Notes: a model not told the origin generated them from the sequence alone. DNA of 64,000 nucleotides from Dictyostelium discoideum (GCA_000004695.1 CM000150.2:2112001-2176000), one strand, 5' to 3'; shown: positions 50,449-61,976, numbered from the stretch's first letter. Numbers and translations are program-made.

Positions 50449-52597
50449 TTAAAAATAAAATTGAACAAATTTACTAAAAAAGTTTGAATTTAAAATTTTT
50501 GAAAGATTTGATTGTTTTTTAATATAAAAGGTTTCAAATGAAATTGTAAAATAATCATTAAATGATAATGAAAGATCTTGATCAAATTGCATTGAATTAA
50601 TTGTTAAAATTTTTAAAGAGGATGGTAATGAACCAATTGGAAAATGTAAATTATAATTTATATTACTAAATGATAGTGATGTTATATTATTTGGAAGTAT
50701 ATTAATTTCAATTTTTTGATTAAACATACTACCAAAGTATAAAGATGTTAATGTTTTTGGTAAAATATCAATTTCAATAAATTGATTAAATTTACTACCA
50801 AATGATAAATTAATTAAATCATATGGTAATACACCTTTTTCAATTGGTTGATTAAAGTCGCAACCAAATGATAAACTTTTTAAACTATATGGTAATACAT
50901 CATTTTCAATTGGTTGATTAAATTTTGACCCAAATTTTAAATTAATTAAATTATATGGTAGTACATCTTTTTCAACTGGTTGATTAAATGAATAACCAAA
51001 TGATAAACTTGTTAAATTGCATGGTAAAACATCTTTTTCAATTGATTGATTAAATGAAGCTCCAAATGATAAACTTGTTAAATTTATAGGTAAAACATCT
51101 TTTTCAATTGGTTGATTAAAATAATAATCAAATGATAAATTTGTTAAAGTAATTGGTATAACATTTATTTTAATTGGTTTATTAAAATGATATCCAAATG
51201 ATAAATTTTTTAAATTTAATGGTAATTCATTTTCATTTAAAATTTGATTAAAATTTAAACCAAATGATAATGTTTTTAAATTTTTTGGTAATGAATCCAT
51301 TTCAACAATTTCATTAAATTTATTACCAAATGATATTTCTTTAATATTATGATTAAATAAATTACCTTTTTTAATTAAACAATTAAATTTATCATTAAAT
51401 GATAAAATTTTAATTTTAAAATAATTTGGTATTAAATTTTCAATATTATTATTATTATTATTAAAATTTAATGAAATTTTAATTTTATTATTATTTGGAA
51501 ATATATGATTATTATTATTATTATTTTTTAAACCAAATTTTAAAATTTCTAATTTATTTAATGAATTTAAATTTTTAAAATTACCAGATTCACATAAATC
51601 TAAAAATGTTAATGTTTTTGGTAAAGTTTTATTATCAATATATTGTTGAAAATTTTCACCAAATTTTAAAGATTTTAATGGTAAATTTAAAAAGTAACCA
51701 CTTGGTATTGGTTGATTAAAATTTTCTTTAAATGTTAAAGATGTTAAATTTGGTGGAAATTTACAATCATTATCATTAAATGATATATTAAAATTTTTAC
51801 CAAATATAATTGTTTTTAAATTTATTAATTCATTAAAATTAAATGATTGATTAAAATTTTCACCAAATTCAATAAACTCCAATTTAATTGGTAATGAATT
51901 TATTTCAATTAAACTATTAAAACAAAAATCAAATGTAATTGATAAAACATTATTTGGAATTACATTTGGTTTAATAATTTGATTAAATAATCTATCAAAT
52001 TTTAAAGTTGTTATTGATTTTGGTATGATTAAATTTGATTTTAATTTTAATTTATTTAATTCTGATCTATATAAAAATTCAAATCTTCTTTCAATTGAAA
52101 ATGACGATGATGATGAAATTGAAAAATTAAAATCAAAATTTTCATTCAATTTTTCAATTAATTTATTTGGTAATATTAATGATTTTAATTTATTTGGTAA
52201 GTTAATATCTTGATTGATTGATTGATTAAATTCTTTACCAAATTTTAAATATTCAATATTTAATGGTAACCAATTACCAATAAGTGATTGATTAAATGAA
52301 TTTCCAAATTCAATATATTTAATAGTTGATGGTAAAACTCCAATTTCAATTGGTTGATTAAATTCTTCAAAAAATTTAATTGCTTTAATATTATTTGGTA
52401 TCATACCTTTTACTAAGGTTTCATTATTTTCAATTGATAATTTAATAATATTTAAATAACTTTTATATTTATAATTTATAAAATCTTTTAATTTGAATGA
52501 AAATAATTTATTATAATGTTTATTATATAATCTTAAATGAAGTATTATTTCATTTCTAATTATAATATTTCTCCAAATTTTAAAAAATAAATTACAG

Positions 52598-52628
<31 letters not shown>

Positions 52629-52638
52629 GTTTTCCCAT
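50449..52638 (-). CDS. FNIP-repeat protein, 729 aa, single exon. It is a paralogue of 4939..6255.
   Basis: More than 20 FNIP units (..LPxxLxxLxFGxxFNQ(P/S)I..). The N-terminus MGKLNNKNNNNNNNCNLFFKIWRNIIIRNEI parallels the other FNIP gene. Confidence 0.7.
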
Positions 52639-52811
52639 TTAATAAATTAATTTTTTTAATTTTTATAAAAATCAAATGAAAAAAAAAAAAAAAAAAAAAA
52701 AATCATATTGTTCATTAATTTTCATTTTTTTTTCTTAAAAATTACTTAATTTAAAAAAAAAAAATGACAACCAATGGTTGTCGAAATTTTATTTTTTATA
52801 AATCCCACCAT

Positions 52812-52824
52812 CTAGAATCGAACC
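52812..52824 (-). promoter_or_regulatory. External B box (ggttcgattctag) about 30 bp downstream of tRNA-iMet copy 1.
   Basis: A GGTTCGAnTCC B-box-like motif lies just 3' of the tRNA. Dictyostelium tRNA genes commonly carry an extra downstream B box. Confidence 0.5.
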
Positions 52825-52853
52825 TGCGGCATATTTCTCCATGTCGAAAAATT

Positions 52854-52925
52854 TAGCTTCTCTAGGTTTCGATCCTAGGACCTCGAGGTTATGGGCCTCG
52901 CACTCTACCCCTGAGTTAAGAAGCT
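52854..52925 (-). tRNA. Initiator tRNA-Met (anticodon CAT), 72 nt.
   Basis: AGCTTCT-TA-ACTC-AGGGGTA-GAGT-G-CGAGG-CCCATAA-CCTCG-AGGTC-CTAGG-ATCGAAA-CCTAG-AGAAGCT-A. All four stems pair perfectly. The anticodon loop is C-C-CAT-A-A. The T-loop is GATCGAAAC with A54 and A60, and there are three G-C pairs in the anticodon stem, which are hallmarks of eukaryotic cytoplasmic initiator tRNA. Confidence 0.85.
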
Positions 52926-52985
52926 GTAGATACAAGCTTGTTGAACCATGAGTTTCCACCATTTAAATATACACTGAGTACCAGA

Positions 52986-53126
52986 AAATTAAAAAAATTC
53001 AAAAACATCATCTCCCTACAACTCGAAAGATTTAGCAAACACTGGAACTCACCACTACACACAGTAGCACTACCATTAAACCTCAACAAATATATTACGT
53101 CACCAAACACACTCTACACCCCCCAA

Positions 53127-53184
<58 letters not shown>

Positions 53185-53671
53185 ATACAACCTTAAAAGG
53201 CAGTAAACGTGTGGCGCACTGGCGAGAAACTTCAAGTAACGGGAAGGAGGCTAGTGACTATGGGCCGTCGCGCTCACACAAATTAAGTCGACAAAAGGAA
53301 AAATATATATAAAGACCTATGGTGAGTTAGTGGCGCGAGAGATCACGAAAGTGGCTTAAGGTTTTACCGATAGTATTAGTGGAGGTTGGGTAGTTATAGC
53401 ACCATCAACTTCAAGACCCTCCATACTGTCGCTTAGGAAAAGAACTACCAGTACACGAACTAAAGAAAACTCAAGCAGCAGCCTGGGAAAAAAAACAACA
53501 TATACAAACTAATCAGACAAGAAAAAAAAGCAACCAAAAACGAATAAATAAAAAAATTCAAAAATCACCCTACAACTTGCTAGATTAAGCAAACACTAGA
53601 ACTCACCATTACAACAGTAACATCAAACCTCAATAAATATTACATCACTCAACACACTCTACACCCCCCAA

Positions 53672-53706
<35 letters not shown>

Positions 53707-53725
53707 ATACAACCTTAAAAGGCAC
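52986..53725. mobile_element. TRE5 (DRE)-like tRNA-targeted non-LTR retroelement fragment(s). There are two tandem about 170-bp modules (52990..53203 and 53551..53725), each ending in ccccccaactt(A)n + aaccatacaaccttaaaaggca, flanking a GC-richer about 340-bp segment.
   Basis: It starts about 60 bp upstream of the tRNA, the classic TRE5 insertion distance. The duplicated module resembles the A-module organisation of TRE5-A. Internal poly(A) tracts sit at module ends. The subfamily was not determined. Confidence 0.45.
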
Positions 53726-54400
53726 CTATAAAATATTTAATAATAAAATGAGATATCTCAAGAAGAAGCAACTAAAATTGCGTTATCCATTCAAAAAAAG
53801 AAAATTAGGGAAGTTAAGATATTTTGATAGGATATAAAAATGTTTAATTATTAAACATCAAACAATTTACAAATTTCTTAATCAAATTCTTAATATCAAA
53901 AGTCAAAAACTCTGAATTTCAAAAAAATCAATAATAATCAAATTAAAAATTACAAATTTACAAACTCCAATTCACAATTTCTAAGATTACACATATCTGA
54001 TCTTAAGTAATCATTGTTGCAGAATGGTCTGCAAAACTTTGGAACTTTTATCTTTGATCAATATCATTCAGAGGGTGGCTTCTTATGTTGGCATCATATA
54101 GAATTGTTCTGGATAGTTCTTCAATGACCGTTACAAAGAGAGTAGGTGATATGGTTTCCCTGTTTTACTCCTCTTTTTATAGTAAAGGGGAGGGGCTTTC
54201 CATTGATTTCTATCCTGGGTGTGAGTTTCATAATTAGGTTTGTTAGGTTGGTGGGAACTTTGATACGTTGAACCGTTCTAAGTATTGATTTAGAAAGAGT
54301 TATTTATCTCAGGTTTTTTTAAATTAAATTATCTTAAATTCCATTATATTCTGGTACTTTTTTTTTTTGAATTGGAGGAATTATATTCTGGTACTGATTG
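53726..54400. mobile_element. Unclassified repeat/retroelement remnant between the TRE5-like modules and tRNA-iMet copy 2. It may be an LTR or element terminus facing the second tRNA.
   Basis: GC-richer, non-coding-looking sequence with a TATA-like tataaaaag. It abuts the conserved about 60-bp upstream flank of tRNA copy 2. A 15-bp direct repeat gtaccagaatataat (x2) at about 54340..54392 brackets a 21-bp insert. Confidence 0.3.
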
Positions 54401-54446
54401 TATATCCAAATGGTGGAAACTCATGGTTCAACAAGCTTGTATCGAC

Positions 54447-54518
54447 AGCTTCTTAACTCAGGGGTAGAGTGCGAGGCCCATAACCTCGAGGTCCTAGGAT
54501 CGAAACCTAGAGAAGCTA
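54447..54518 (+). tRNA. Initiator tRNA-Met (anticodon CAT), 72 nt, identical to copy 1 but in opposite orientation.
   Basis: Same sequence as 52854..52925 reverse-complemented. About 60 bp of upstream flank is also shared, with one mismatch. Confidence 0.85.
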
Positions 54519-54548
54519 AATTTTTCCACCATAATTAAAGAGGTCAAA

Positions 54549-54559
54549 GGTTCGACTCC
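54549..54559 (+). promoter_or_regulatory. External B box (ggttcgactcc) about 30 bp downstream of tRNA-iMet copy 2.
   Basis: A B-box consensus lies 3' of the tRNA. The downstream flanks of the two tRNA copies otherwise differ. Confidence 0.5.
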
Positions 54560-55054
54560 CTATTTTTAATACTCTCATTTTCCGTTCAATTATTTGTTTC
54601 TATTTGCTTATGAGGGGCCACTCAGCACCTCCAAAAAAAAAAAATAAAAACAAAATAATTAAAAAAAAAAAAATTAAATTAAAACAAATAAAAAATTAAT
54701 TTCCTTACACCCAACTATAATTTTATTACACCAGAATAAAAACAATCTTCCAAAAATACTTTGATATTAAAAAAAAAAAAAAAAAAAATCAAAAAAATAT
54801 TTTCTTATTATACATTATTATGTAGTCTTAATTTGGATTTTTATTGAATTTTTTATCTGTCTATGGTTTTTTTTTTTAATTTTTTATCATTACTAAATTA
54901 GTAAATCTTTTAAAATAAATTAATTTTTTTTTTTTTTTATTTTTTTTTTTTTTTGTTTTTTTTTTATTTATTTTTGAATAATTTTTGCAATCAGCCACTT
55001 CTTTTTTTTTTTTTTTTTTTTTTTGCGATCATATATAAAAGAAAAAAACAAAAA

Positions 55055-56395
55055 ATGAATAAAGTTGAAGAAATTGCAAAACAATTAATAATAAAAAGGG
55101 TTAATAAAAAAGGTGTAAGATTTTATGAAATAAGTGATCCAAATAAACCAAAAGAAGAGAAATTAATTTATCCATCAGTATCAACAGTATTATCGATTAT
55201 TGATCAACCAGGATTTAAATTGAGTGAAAGAGAAAGATTATTTAGTCACTTAAAGAAAACATTTGAAAATTCAATCAAAGCTGGTGTACCAATGTCAAAA
55301 AAGCAAGAATATTTTTTTAAAAGAGAAGCATTAAACAAATATGATGAAATTTCAAAAAACTCAATAAAGTATGGTAGTATCATTGGTACAGATTCTCATA
55401 ATGAAATTGAAGGAATGGTAGATCAAATTTTAGTTAAAACCGTATCAAAATCAAAACCATTAAAATCATTAATTGAAACTAAAAATGCTTTACTTTTAGA
55501 TGAAAATAATGAAATCCTTTCACAACCACTTCAACCACCAACACCAACACCAACATCAACAGAACCAGAATTAAAATCAGATACAGAATTAAAATCAGAT
55601 ACAGAAAAAACTAAAATTAAACCCAAAACAAAAACTGAATTAGAATTATCACTTGTTACTTCAACAATTTCAAAGGAACTATTAAATGATGCACCAGTAA
55701 AAGTGAAAAATGTATCAACATCATTTAAATATTGGGAGCAATTATCCGGTTTAAAATTAGAACATAATGATACTTTAGTTTTTAGTAATAAATATAAATT
55801 TGCAGGTGCATGCGATGCGGTTGCAAGAAAACCAAATGGTGAATTGGTTGTATTAGATTGGAAAACTTCATCAGCAATGTCAATAAATTATGCACTTCAA
55901 ATCTCTGCATATTCAAAAGCAATCGAAGAGATGACAGGTGAGAAAATTTCAGAAGCATGGGTAGTTATATTCAATAAAAATTTTCCAACCTTTAGTACCT
56001 ATTCAGTTAAAGATATCGATAGTTGTTTTCAAAATTTTTTATCAGCTTTAAACCTTTGGAATGCTTATAATGTTGATAAAATTGATGAAAGATATGAATC
56101 AACTGAAGTTCATTTTTTTAATCATTTACCATTTGCTTCAAAATTTACAACTAGTAATAATACTACTCCAATTAAAATTAATGGTAAAAAAGAAAGAATA
56201 AAAAATAAAAATAATAATAATAATAATAATAATGATGATAATAATGATAATAATGATAATAATGATAATAATGACGATAATAATGATAATAATGATAATA
56301 ATGATAATAATGATAATAATAATAATAGTATTTCATTTTCAAAAAGTGGTGGTATCATAATACCTGATACTGTTAAAAAAATAAAAATCAAATAA
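55055..56395 (+). CDS. Mitochondrial genome maintenance exonuclease 1 (MGME1)-like PD-(D/E)XK nuclease, about 446 aa.
   Basis: MNKVEEIAKQLIIKRV..YPSVSTVLSIIDQPGFKLSERERLF.. matches the MGME1 N-terminal PSVTxVL motif. ..FAGACDAVARKPNGELVVLDWKTSSAMSINYALQISAYSKAIEE.. matches MGME1/RecB-type motif II-III (D..V..Y.G.L.V.DWKTS...Q..AY). The C-terminus is Asn/Asp-rich (NDDNNDNNDNND). I take the start at the ATG at 55055; the track ORF starts upstream in a poly-F artefact. Confidence 0.6.
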   Translation: MNKVEEIAKQLIIKRVNKKGVRFYEISDPNKPKEEKLIYPSVSTVLSIIDQPGFKLSERERLFSHLKKTFENSIKAGVPMSKKQEYFFKREALNKYDEISKNSIKYGSIIGTDSHNEIEGMVDQILVKTVSKSKPLKSLIETKNALLLDENNEILSQPLQPPTPTPTSTEPELKSDTELKSDTEKTKIKPKTKTELELSLVTSTISKELLNDAPVKVKNVSTSFKYWEQLSGLKLEHNDTLVFSNKYKFAGACDAVARKPNGELVVLDWKTSSAMSINYALQISAYSKAIEEMTGEKISEAWVVIFNKNFPTFSTYSVKDIDSCFQNFLSALNLWNAYNVDKIDERYESTEVHFFNHLPFASKFTTSNNTTPIKINGKKERIKNKNNNNNNNNDDNNDNNDNNDNNDDNNDNNDNNDNNDNNNNSISFSKSGGIIIPDTVKKIKIK

Positions 56396-56608
56396 ATAAA
56401 TTCATATTGATATATATAAATAAATATTAAAAAAATAAATAAATAAATAAATTATTTATAAATAATTAATTGTTTTTTTTTTTTTAGTTTATTATTTTTT
56501 TTTTTTTGTTTTTTGTAAATATTAATAAAATATTTACAAAAAAAAAAAAAAATAAAATAAAATAAAGATATTTATTTATTTATTAATTTATTTATTTATT
56601 AAATTTTT

Positions 56609-57291
56609 GGTATTTTTTCAGAATATTGAATCGGAGCAGAAAACATATAAAGGCATAATGCCATAAATGCTAAAGTTGATAAGAATACTATTATACAAAC
56701 TATAAAACCTAATGCTCTAAAAACTTTTGGATTAATTTGTTCTCTTGGTAATGACATTGGATTATTTATTCTTTAGATTATTTATTATTTATTTTATTAT
56801 TATAATTTTATTTTATTTTTTATTTTTAAATGAAAAAAAAAAAAAGTTAAAATTAAATATATATATATATATTGATATAATTAAATATATACTTACTGTG
56901 CATTATAAAGATGATTATTTCTATTTAATAATATATAAAAAAAGAAAATACCTAAAATCGACCAACCAATTACTTTTGAAAAACTATAATGTTCCCAATC
57001 TAATTCATAAGTAACACTACATGGATGATCATTACCATATAATGAAAATGAAATTGGTTTTGACGGTTTTTGACAATCAATTCTTAATTTTGATAATTGA
57101 ACATTTTTTGAAATTGAATTGGTATGACATCTCCAACTAATATCTCTACTATATATATCAAATAATGATGATTTACAAAGTAAATATAAAACCTCTTCAT
57201 TTGTTCCCATAGCAGTTCCTCCAATACATTTTAATTGTGCTATTCCATTCGGTGTTTCAATTGTTTTTGAAAATCTAAGTTGTGGTAATGT

Positions 57292-57377
<86 letters not shown>

Positions 57378-57495
57378 GAGATGGCCTATTATATGATGTA
57401 GTAGTACAATTTACAAAATTACATATAAATAATAGTAAAACTAATATTATAAATCCTATATTTTGTTTATAAAGGTTCCCATTTAATTTTATCAT
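56609..57495 (-). CDS. Hypothetical membrane protein with a signal peptide, a long polyQ tract, a Cys-containing domain and a C-terminal TM segment. Two exons: join(56609..56770, 56897..57495), minus strand.
   Basis: Exon 1 encodes MIKLNGNLYKQNIGFIILVLLLFICNFVNC... then (Q)30, then ..CIGGTAMGTNEEVLYLLCKSS...DCQKPSKPISFSLYGNDHPCSVTYELDWEHYSF.., ending ..HLYNAQ at a GTAAGT donor (phase 2). Exon 2 encodes QINNPMSLPREQINPKVFRALGFIVCIIVFLSTLAFMALCLYMFSAPIQYSEKIPKI and a stop. Confidence 0.45.
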
Positions 57496-57613
57496 TTGTT
57501 TTTTTTTTTTTTTTTTTTTTTTAATATAAAATAGTTTTATTTTTATTTATATATAGATATATATATATTTCTAAATAATTTTATTTTTATTATTTTATTA
57601 TTTTATTTTTTTT

Positions 57614-57653
<40 letters not shown>

Positions 57654-58093
57654 TGTATAGTTTTTTTTTTTTTTTTAAGATTGAGAAAATTAATAATTTA
57701 ATTTACAGAAAAAAAAAAAAAAAATAAAAAGTCATTCCTCCCAAAAAACCAGAAAATGAAAAAAAAAATTAAAAAAAAAAAAAAAAAAAAAATTAAAAAA
57801 TACAAAAACAATTTCTGTTTTTTTTTTTTTTATTTTAAATTAAAACATTCAAATTTGACACTTTAAATATTTTCTTTTTTTTTTTTTATTTTTTTTTTTA
57901 ATAGACTTAGAATTCAAATCAACTGATCATGAAAATCAATCAATTAATAGTATGATCACTTTAATCTCTTTCATATCCATATGTACCATAAATATATATA
58001 TATAAAGTAAAAAATAAAATAATTTAAAATTGTTGTAAATTATTAATTATTCCTACAATTATATATATATTTATTTTAAAATTAAAAAAAATT

Positions 58094-58888
58094 TTATTTA
58101 AAAAAAGGATTTGATTCATCTAAACCATTACCACCATTTTCTGAAAGAAATCTTTGAAAATTCTTTTTCTTTAATCTTGTTTGATAGTCATCACCTGGTT
58201 GAATAACAAAACGTGGATCGATATTTGTTTGTGAACCTAAACCCGATCTCTCTGTTTTCATTGTAACTTGAATTGTTGAGGTCATACCATCACTATTTTT
58301 ACCTAATCCTTCACCTTGTTTCCAACCTGTTTTCTTTAATAATTTAACACCAATACTATTTTCACCAAAGGTTGAATCTTGTTTTCTTTTATTAGATTCT
58401 GAATTATTACCAAATCCGCTATTATTATTATTATTGTTGTTGTTGTTGTTGATATTGCTATTACTACTACTACTACTACCAAAACCACCGCCACCACCAA
58501 AACCACCATAACTATTATTGAGTGATGAAGATGATGAAGATGATGGTGAAAATGATGAAGACGATTTTGGTCTCAATTTTTCTAAATTTGATTGATGTAA
58601 TTTTGATTCTTTTTCATGTTTACGTAATGCCTCTTCTGATATAAACATTCTATCACATATTTTACAAATGATTTGTCTTTGAACAATTTTTGATTGATCT
58701 TGTGTTGACTGATTATTACTATTGTTGTTGTTGTTGTTGTTGTTATTGTTAGTATTTTGCTTTTGACTTTCGCCACCTTGGTCATCATCATCGTCATCAT
58801 TTGAAAATAAACTTTGTTTTTTAATTATTACTGGCGAAACAACTTTTATTGCCGATGTTGTTGGCTTTGAAAATTTAATTCCACCACC

Positions 58889-58931
<43 letters not shown>

Positions 58932-59775
58932 TTACTATTACCTCCAATAGAAAATGATCCTATTGATGGTTTTCCTGTTGATGTTGATGTTGCTGTTGTT
59001 GTGGTGGTTAATGTTGATGTTGATATTATATCTGGTGTTAAAGGGTCATATTCTTCTGTATTCAAAGATTTGGTCGAGTGTTCAAGTTGAAGTTGTTCTA
59101 ATTGTTGTTCTTGTTCTAATTGTTGTTGTTCCAATAATTCTTTCTCCTTTTGTTTCATCTCATTTTCTATTTCTTTTTCTGTAATACTTGCTTTTAATTT
59201 CCATTTTTCAATTTCATTGTTATTCTTGAATAAAATAAAAATTAGTAAGAAAATTAAAATTATTAAATGGATTATTATTTTAAAATATATATATGTGAAT
59301 ATTATTACCTTTTTCTTTAAAAATGAATTGAATTTTGGCACATGTGATACAACTTTACGTTTATCTTCTTGTTTTGTTTGATCATTTGTTGGTGTATCAG
59401 TTTTTGTCATTAAAGTGGTTGATGTTGAAGTTGCTATTGATGGTGATGATGTTGTTGCTGTTGTGGTTGTTGTTGCTGTTGTGGTTGTGGTTGTTGTTGA
59501 AGATGTCATTGTTGTATTGATTGCATCAGTACCACTTTGATCAATAGCCTTATCATTTGATTTTGGTATGAATGGTAAATAGGAATTTGTTGTTGAATCA
59601 TAGTAATAATAAGCTTGTGAATTATTATCATAATAAAAGTAAACACCACTACTATGATCATAAAAATAACTAGTTTCTGGATTATAATAATAACCAGATG
59701 CTGCATGGAAATTAAAACCACCTATTTATTTATTATTATTATTGTTGTTATTAATAAAATATAATTATGACTATC

Positions 59776-59866
<91 letters not shown>

Positions 59867-61749
59867 TAAAATAAAATACTTACTTGGAATATTTGATGCA
59901 CCATAATTATTTAACCATTGATCCATATCAGATTTTGTTAAACCTGTATTTGGATCTAAAACTTCTTTTTTACTACTATTTTCATAATTATTCTTTGCAT
60001 AAGAGATGCTACCTACGACACCATCACAAATGTATGGTAGTTTTTTTTGACATTGTGTGAATACATCAATTGCATCCTAAAATAATAATAATAATAATTA
60101 ATAATTAATAATTAATAATTAATAATTAATAATTAATAATTAATAATTAATAATAATAATTTATATAAATATAAATAAATAATAATAGTAAACTTACATT
60201 TATTGCATAATATTCAACAAAACCAATACAATTATTTCTTTTCTTTGAAACTGACACTCTTTTTGGTTTTCTATTAAATTGTGAAAAACAAAGTGCCAAC
60301 TACATGTTTGTGTATAATTATTTTGAAATTTTTATGATGTTAGTAACATATCATAATGAATGAGAAAAAAAAAATTATAATTATTAAATTATTAAATTAT
60401 ATCATTATTATTATTATTATTATGATTATTATTATTATTTTTAATAAATGATTAATATTCAATTACTATTTCATCTGTTGCCAATAATGATAATTCACGA
60501 AGTATTAATGTATTACTTGGAATGAAATTCTCTTGATATTGTTGAGATTGGTGAGGTTGATTTACAACCCATCTTGGTTCTCTTGTTATATTACTATGAC
60601 ATTTATGACATGATGGTCTCCATGAATAATTTGAATTATTACACTAATAAATAAAATTTTTATATATTTTTTTTTTTTTGAAGAGGTAGAAATAAGAAGA
60701 TTTTTGATGGGGGGTAATAATAATAATAATAACAATAATTGAAGTTTTGAATTTAAATTTAGAATTTGATAAAAATTGAATGAAAAAACATGTTAGATAA
60801 GTTTAATCAAAAAAAAAAAAAAATTTTAAAAAATAAAAAATAAAAAAAAAATATATGGTAGTATGTATACAGTTTCACAAATCCAATCATAAGTAACTTC
60901 TGGTATGCCATAGGATAAATAAATTCTAGTACCATCGATTGATAGAGTTCCACCAGTTGATAATAGTATTGTGGATGCTTCTTCAACTGTTTTGTAATTT
61001 ACAAAGGCAAAACCTCTAATTTCACCATTTTTATCATATTTAATTGAGAGTGATTCAAATGCACCATAAACTTTCATAAAATCTGATAACTTTTTTTAAA
61101 AAAAAAATTAAAAAAATAATAATAAAAAATTATTAAAATTTAATTTTTTTTTTTTTTTTTTTTTTTTTTTGATAATTTTAAGAATATATAATATTTGAAA
61201 TCATGTTGTATTTGTTGTAGTGTTGTTTATATTACAAACCCTCTCTTCATTTATTGAATTATTTAATCCTTTTAGCATTAATATATTTGTAGGTTCATCG
61301 CCTTTAGATGATGATGATGATTTGTGGTGGTTATTATTATAGTCTCTTCTTTTATTATAGTCTCTTCTTCTATTATATCTTTCCCTTGAACCACTTCTAC
61401 TCCTACTTCTACTATAACTTCTTGATCTACTTCTACTGTAACTTTTTCTTCTTCCTCCTCCTCCTCCTCCTCTATTGCTATATCTATTATATCCATCCCT
61501 ACTATCAGATCTACTTCTACTTCTACTTCTACTTCTGCTTCTACTTCTACTATAACTTCTATTATATCTACTATCTCTGCTATTTCTTGTATTATAATGT
61601 CTTTGTTTATTTTCAATATCTTTTTTTTCTTCATCATTTATAGGTCCCTCATATAAACCTTCATCATCATCATCACCATCATCATCTTTATAACTACCAA
61701 CCCTACTACTACTATTATTACTATCAATATTTTTATTACTATAATTCAT
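58094..61749 (-). CDS. RBM5/RBM10-like splicing factor with RS-rich N-terminus, RRM, RanBP2 zinc finger, RRM, OCRE, C2H2 (matrin/U1-type) zinc finger and G-patch. Seven exons, about 914 aa: join(58094..59224, 59309..59721, 59884..60076, 60198..60299, 60467..60643, 60871..61089, 61240..61749), minus strand.
   Basis: E1: RS domain (SRSRSRSRSRSRS..RRKSYSRSRSRSYSRSRSRSGSRERYNRRRDY) and RNP2 TNILMLKGL. E2: ..YGAFESLSIKYDKNGEIRGFAFVNY.. (RNP1), ending ..YDWICET. E3: CNNSNYSWRPSCHKC completes the RanBP2 finger (W-x-C-x2-C-x3-N-x6-C-x2-C across the splice), then NTLILREL (RNP2). E4: ..CIGFVEYYAIN (RNP1). E5: DAIDVF... E6: OCRE Tyr repeats GYYYNPETSYFYDHSSGVYFYYDNNSQAYYYYDSTTNSY, then MTSSTTT..FLKKK. 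E7: C2H2 CKICDRMFISEEALRKHEKESKLH and G-patch IGVKLLKKTGWKQGEGLGKNSDGMTSTIQVTMKTERSGLG. All phases are consistent; donors are GTTTGT, GTATAC, GTAATT, GTAAGT x2 and GTAATA. Confidence 0.65.
59766..59867. repeat. (TAA)n microsatellite inside an intron of the RBM5-like gene. A nearby 7-mer tandem repeat (aattaat)n lies at about 60098..60168 in the next intron.
   Basis: Perfect repeats are visible. Confidence 0.9.
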
Positions 61750-61976
61750 TTTTATTTTTTAAATAATTTTTTTTTTTTTCTTTTTTTTTAAAAAATTTAA
61801 ATTGTGTGTCGGAAAAAAAAAAAAATAAAAAATAAAAAATAAAAAAAAAATTTTTTAAAAAATAAAAAAAAAAATTAAAAAAGAAAATCTTTTTATAAAA
61901 TTTTAATTTTTATTTTTTTTATTTTTTTTATTTTTTTTAATAACAATAATAATAATCTATTACAAAGAATATTTGC

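Noticed and set aside
52780-54620. Possibility that the two tRNA-like sequences are elongator tRNA-Met or SINE-derived pseudo-tRNAs
   Set aside because: Both copies have fully paired stems and the initiator-specific A54/A60 T-loop and GGG/CCC anticodon-stem pairs, so I consider them functional tRNAi-Met genes. The neighbouring repeats are separate retroelement fragments rather than a SINE body attached to the tRNA.
56122-56391. Minus-strand ORF 56122..56391 (poly-Leu/Ser)
   Set aside because: It is antisense to the (GAT AAT)n Asn/Asp-rich C-terminus of the MGME1-like gene.
59506-59721. Track ORF 59506..59721 minus (MVLISMQHLVIIIIQ...)
   Set aside because: It is in the wrong frame. The correct frame of this stretch encodes the OCRE Tyr-repeat region (GFNFHAASGYYYNPETSYFYD...) of the RBM5-like gene and is continuous with the MTSSTTT.. 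ORF.
61278-61643. ORFs 61278..61637 minus and 61308..61643 plus overlapping the RS-domain exon
   Set aside because: They are alternative or antisense frames of the (AGA TCT/AGT AGA)n RS-dipeptide coding repeat. The genuine frame is 61240..61749 on the minus strand.
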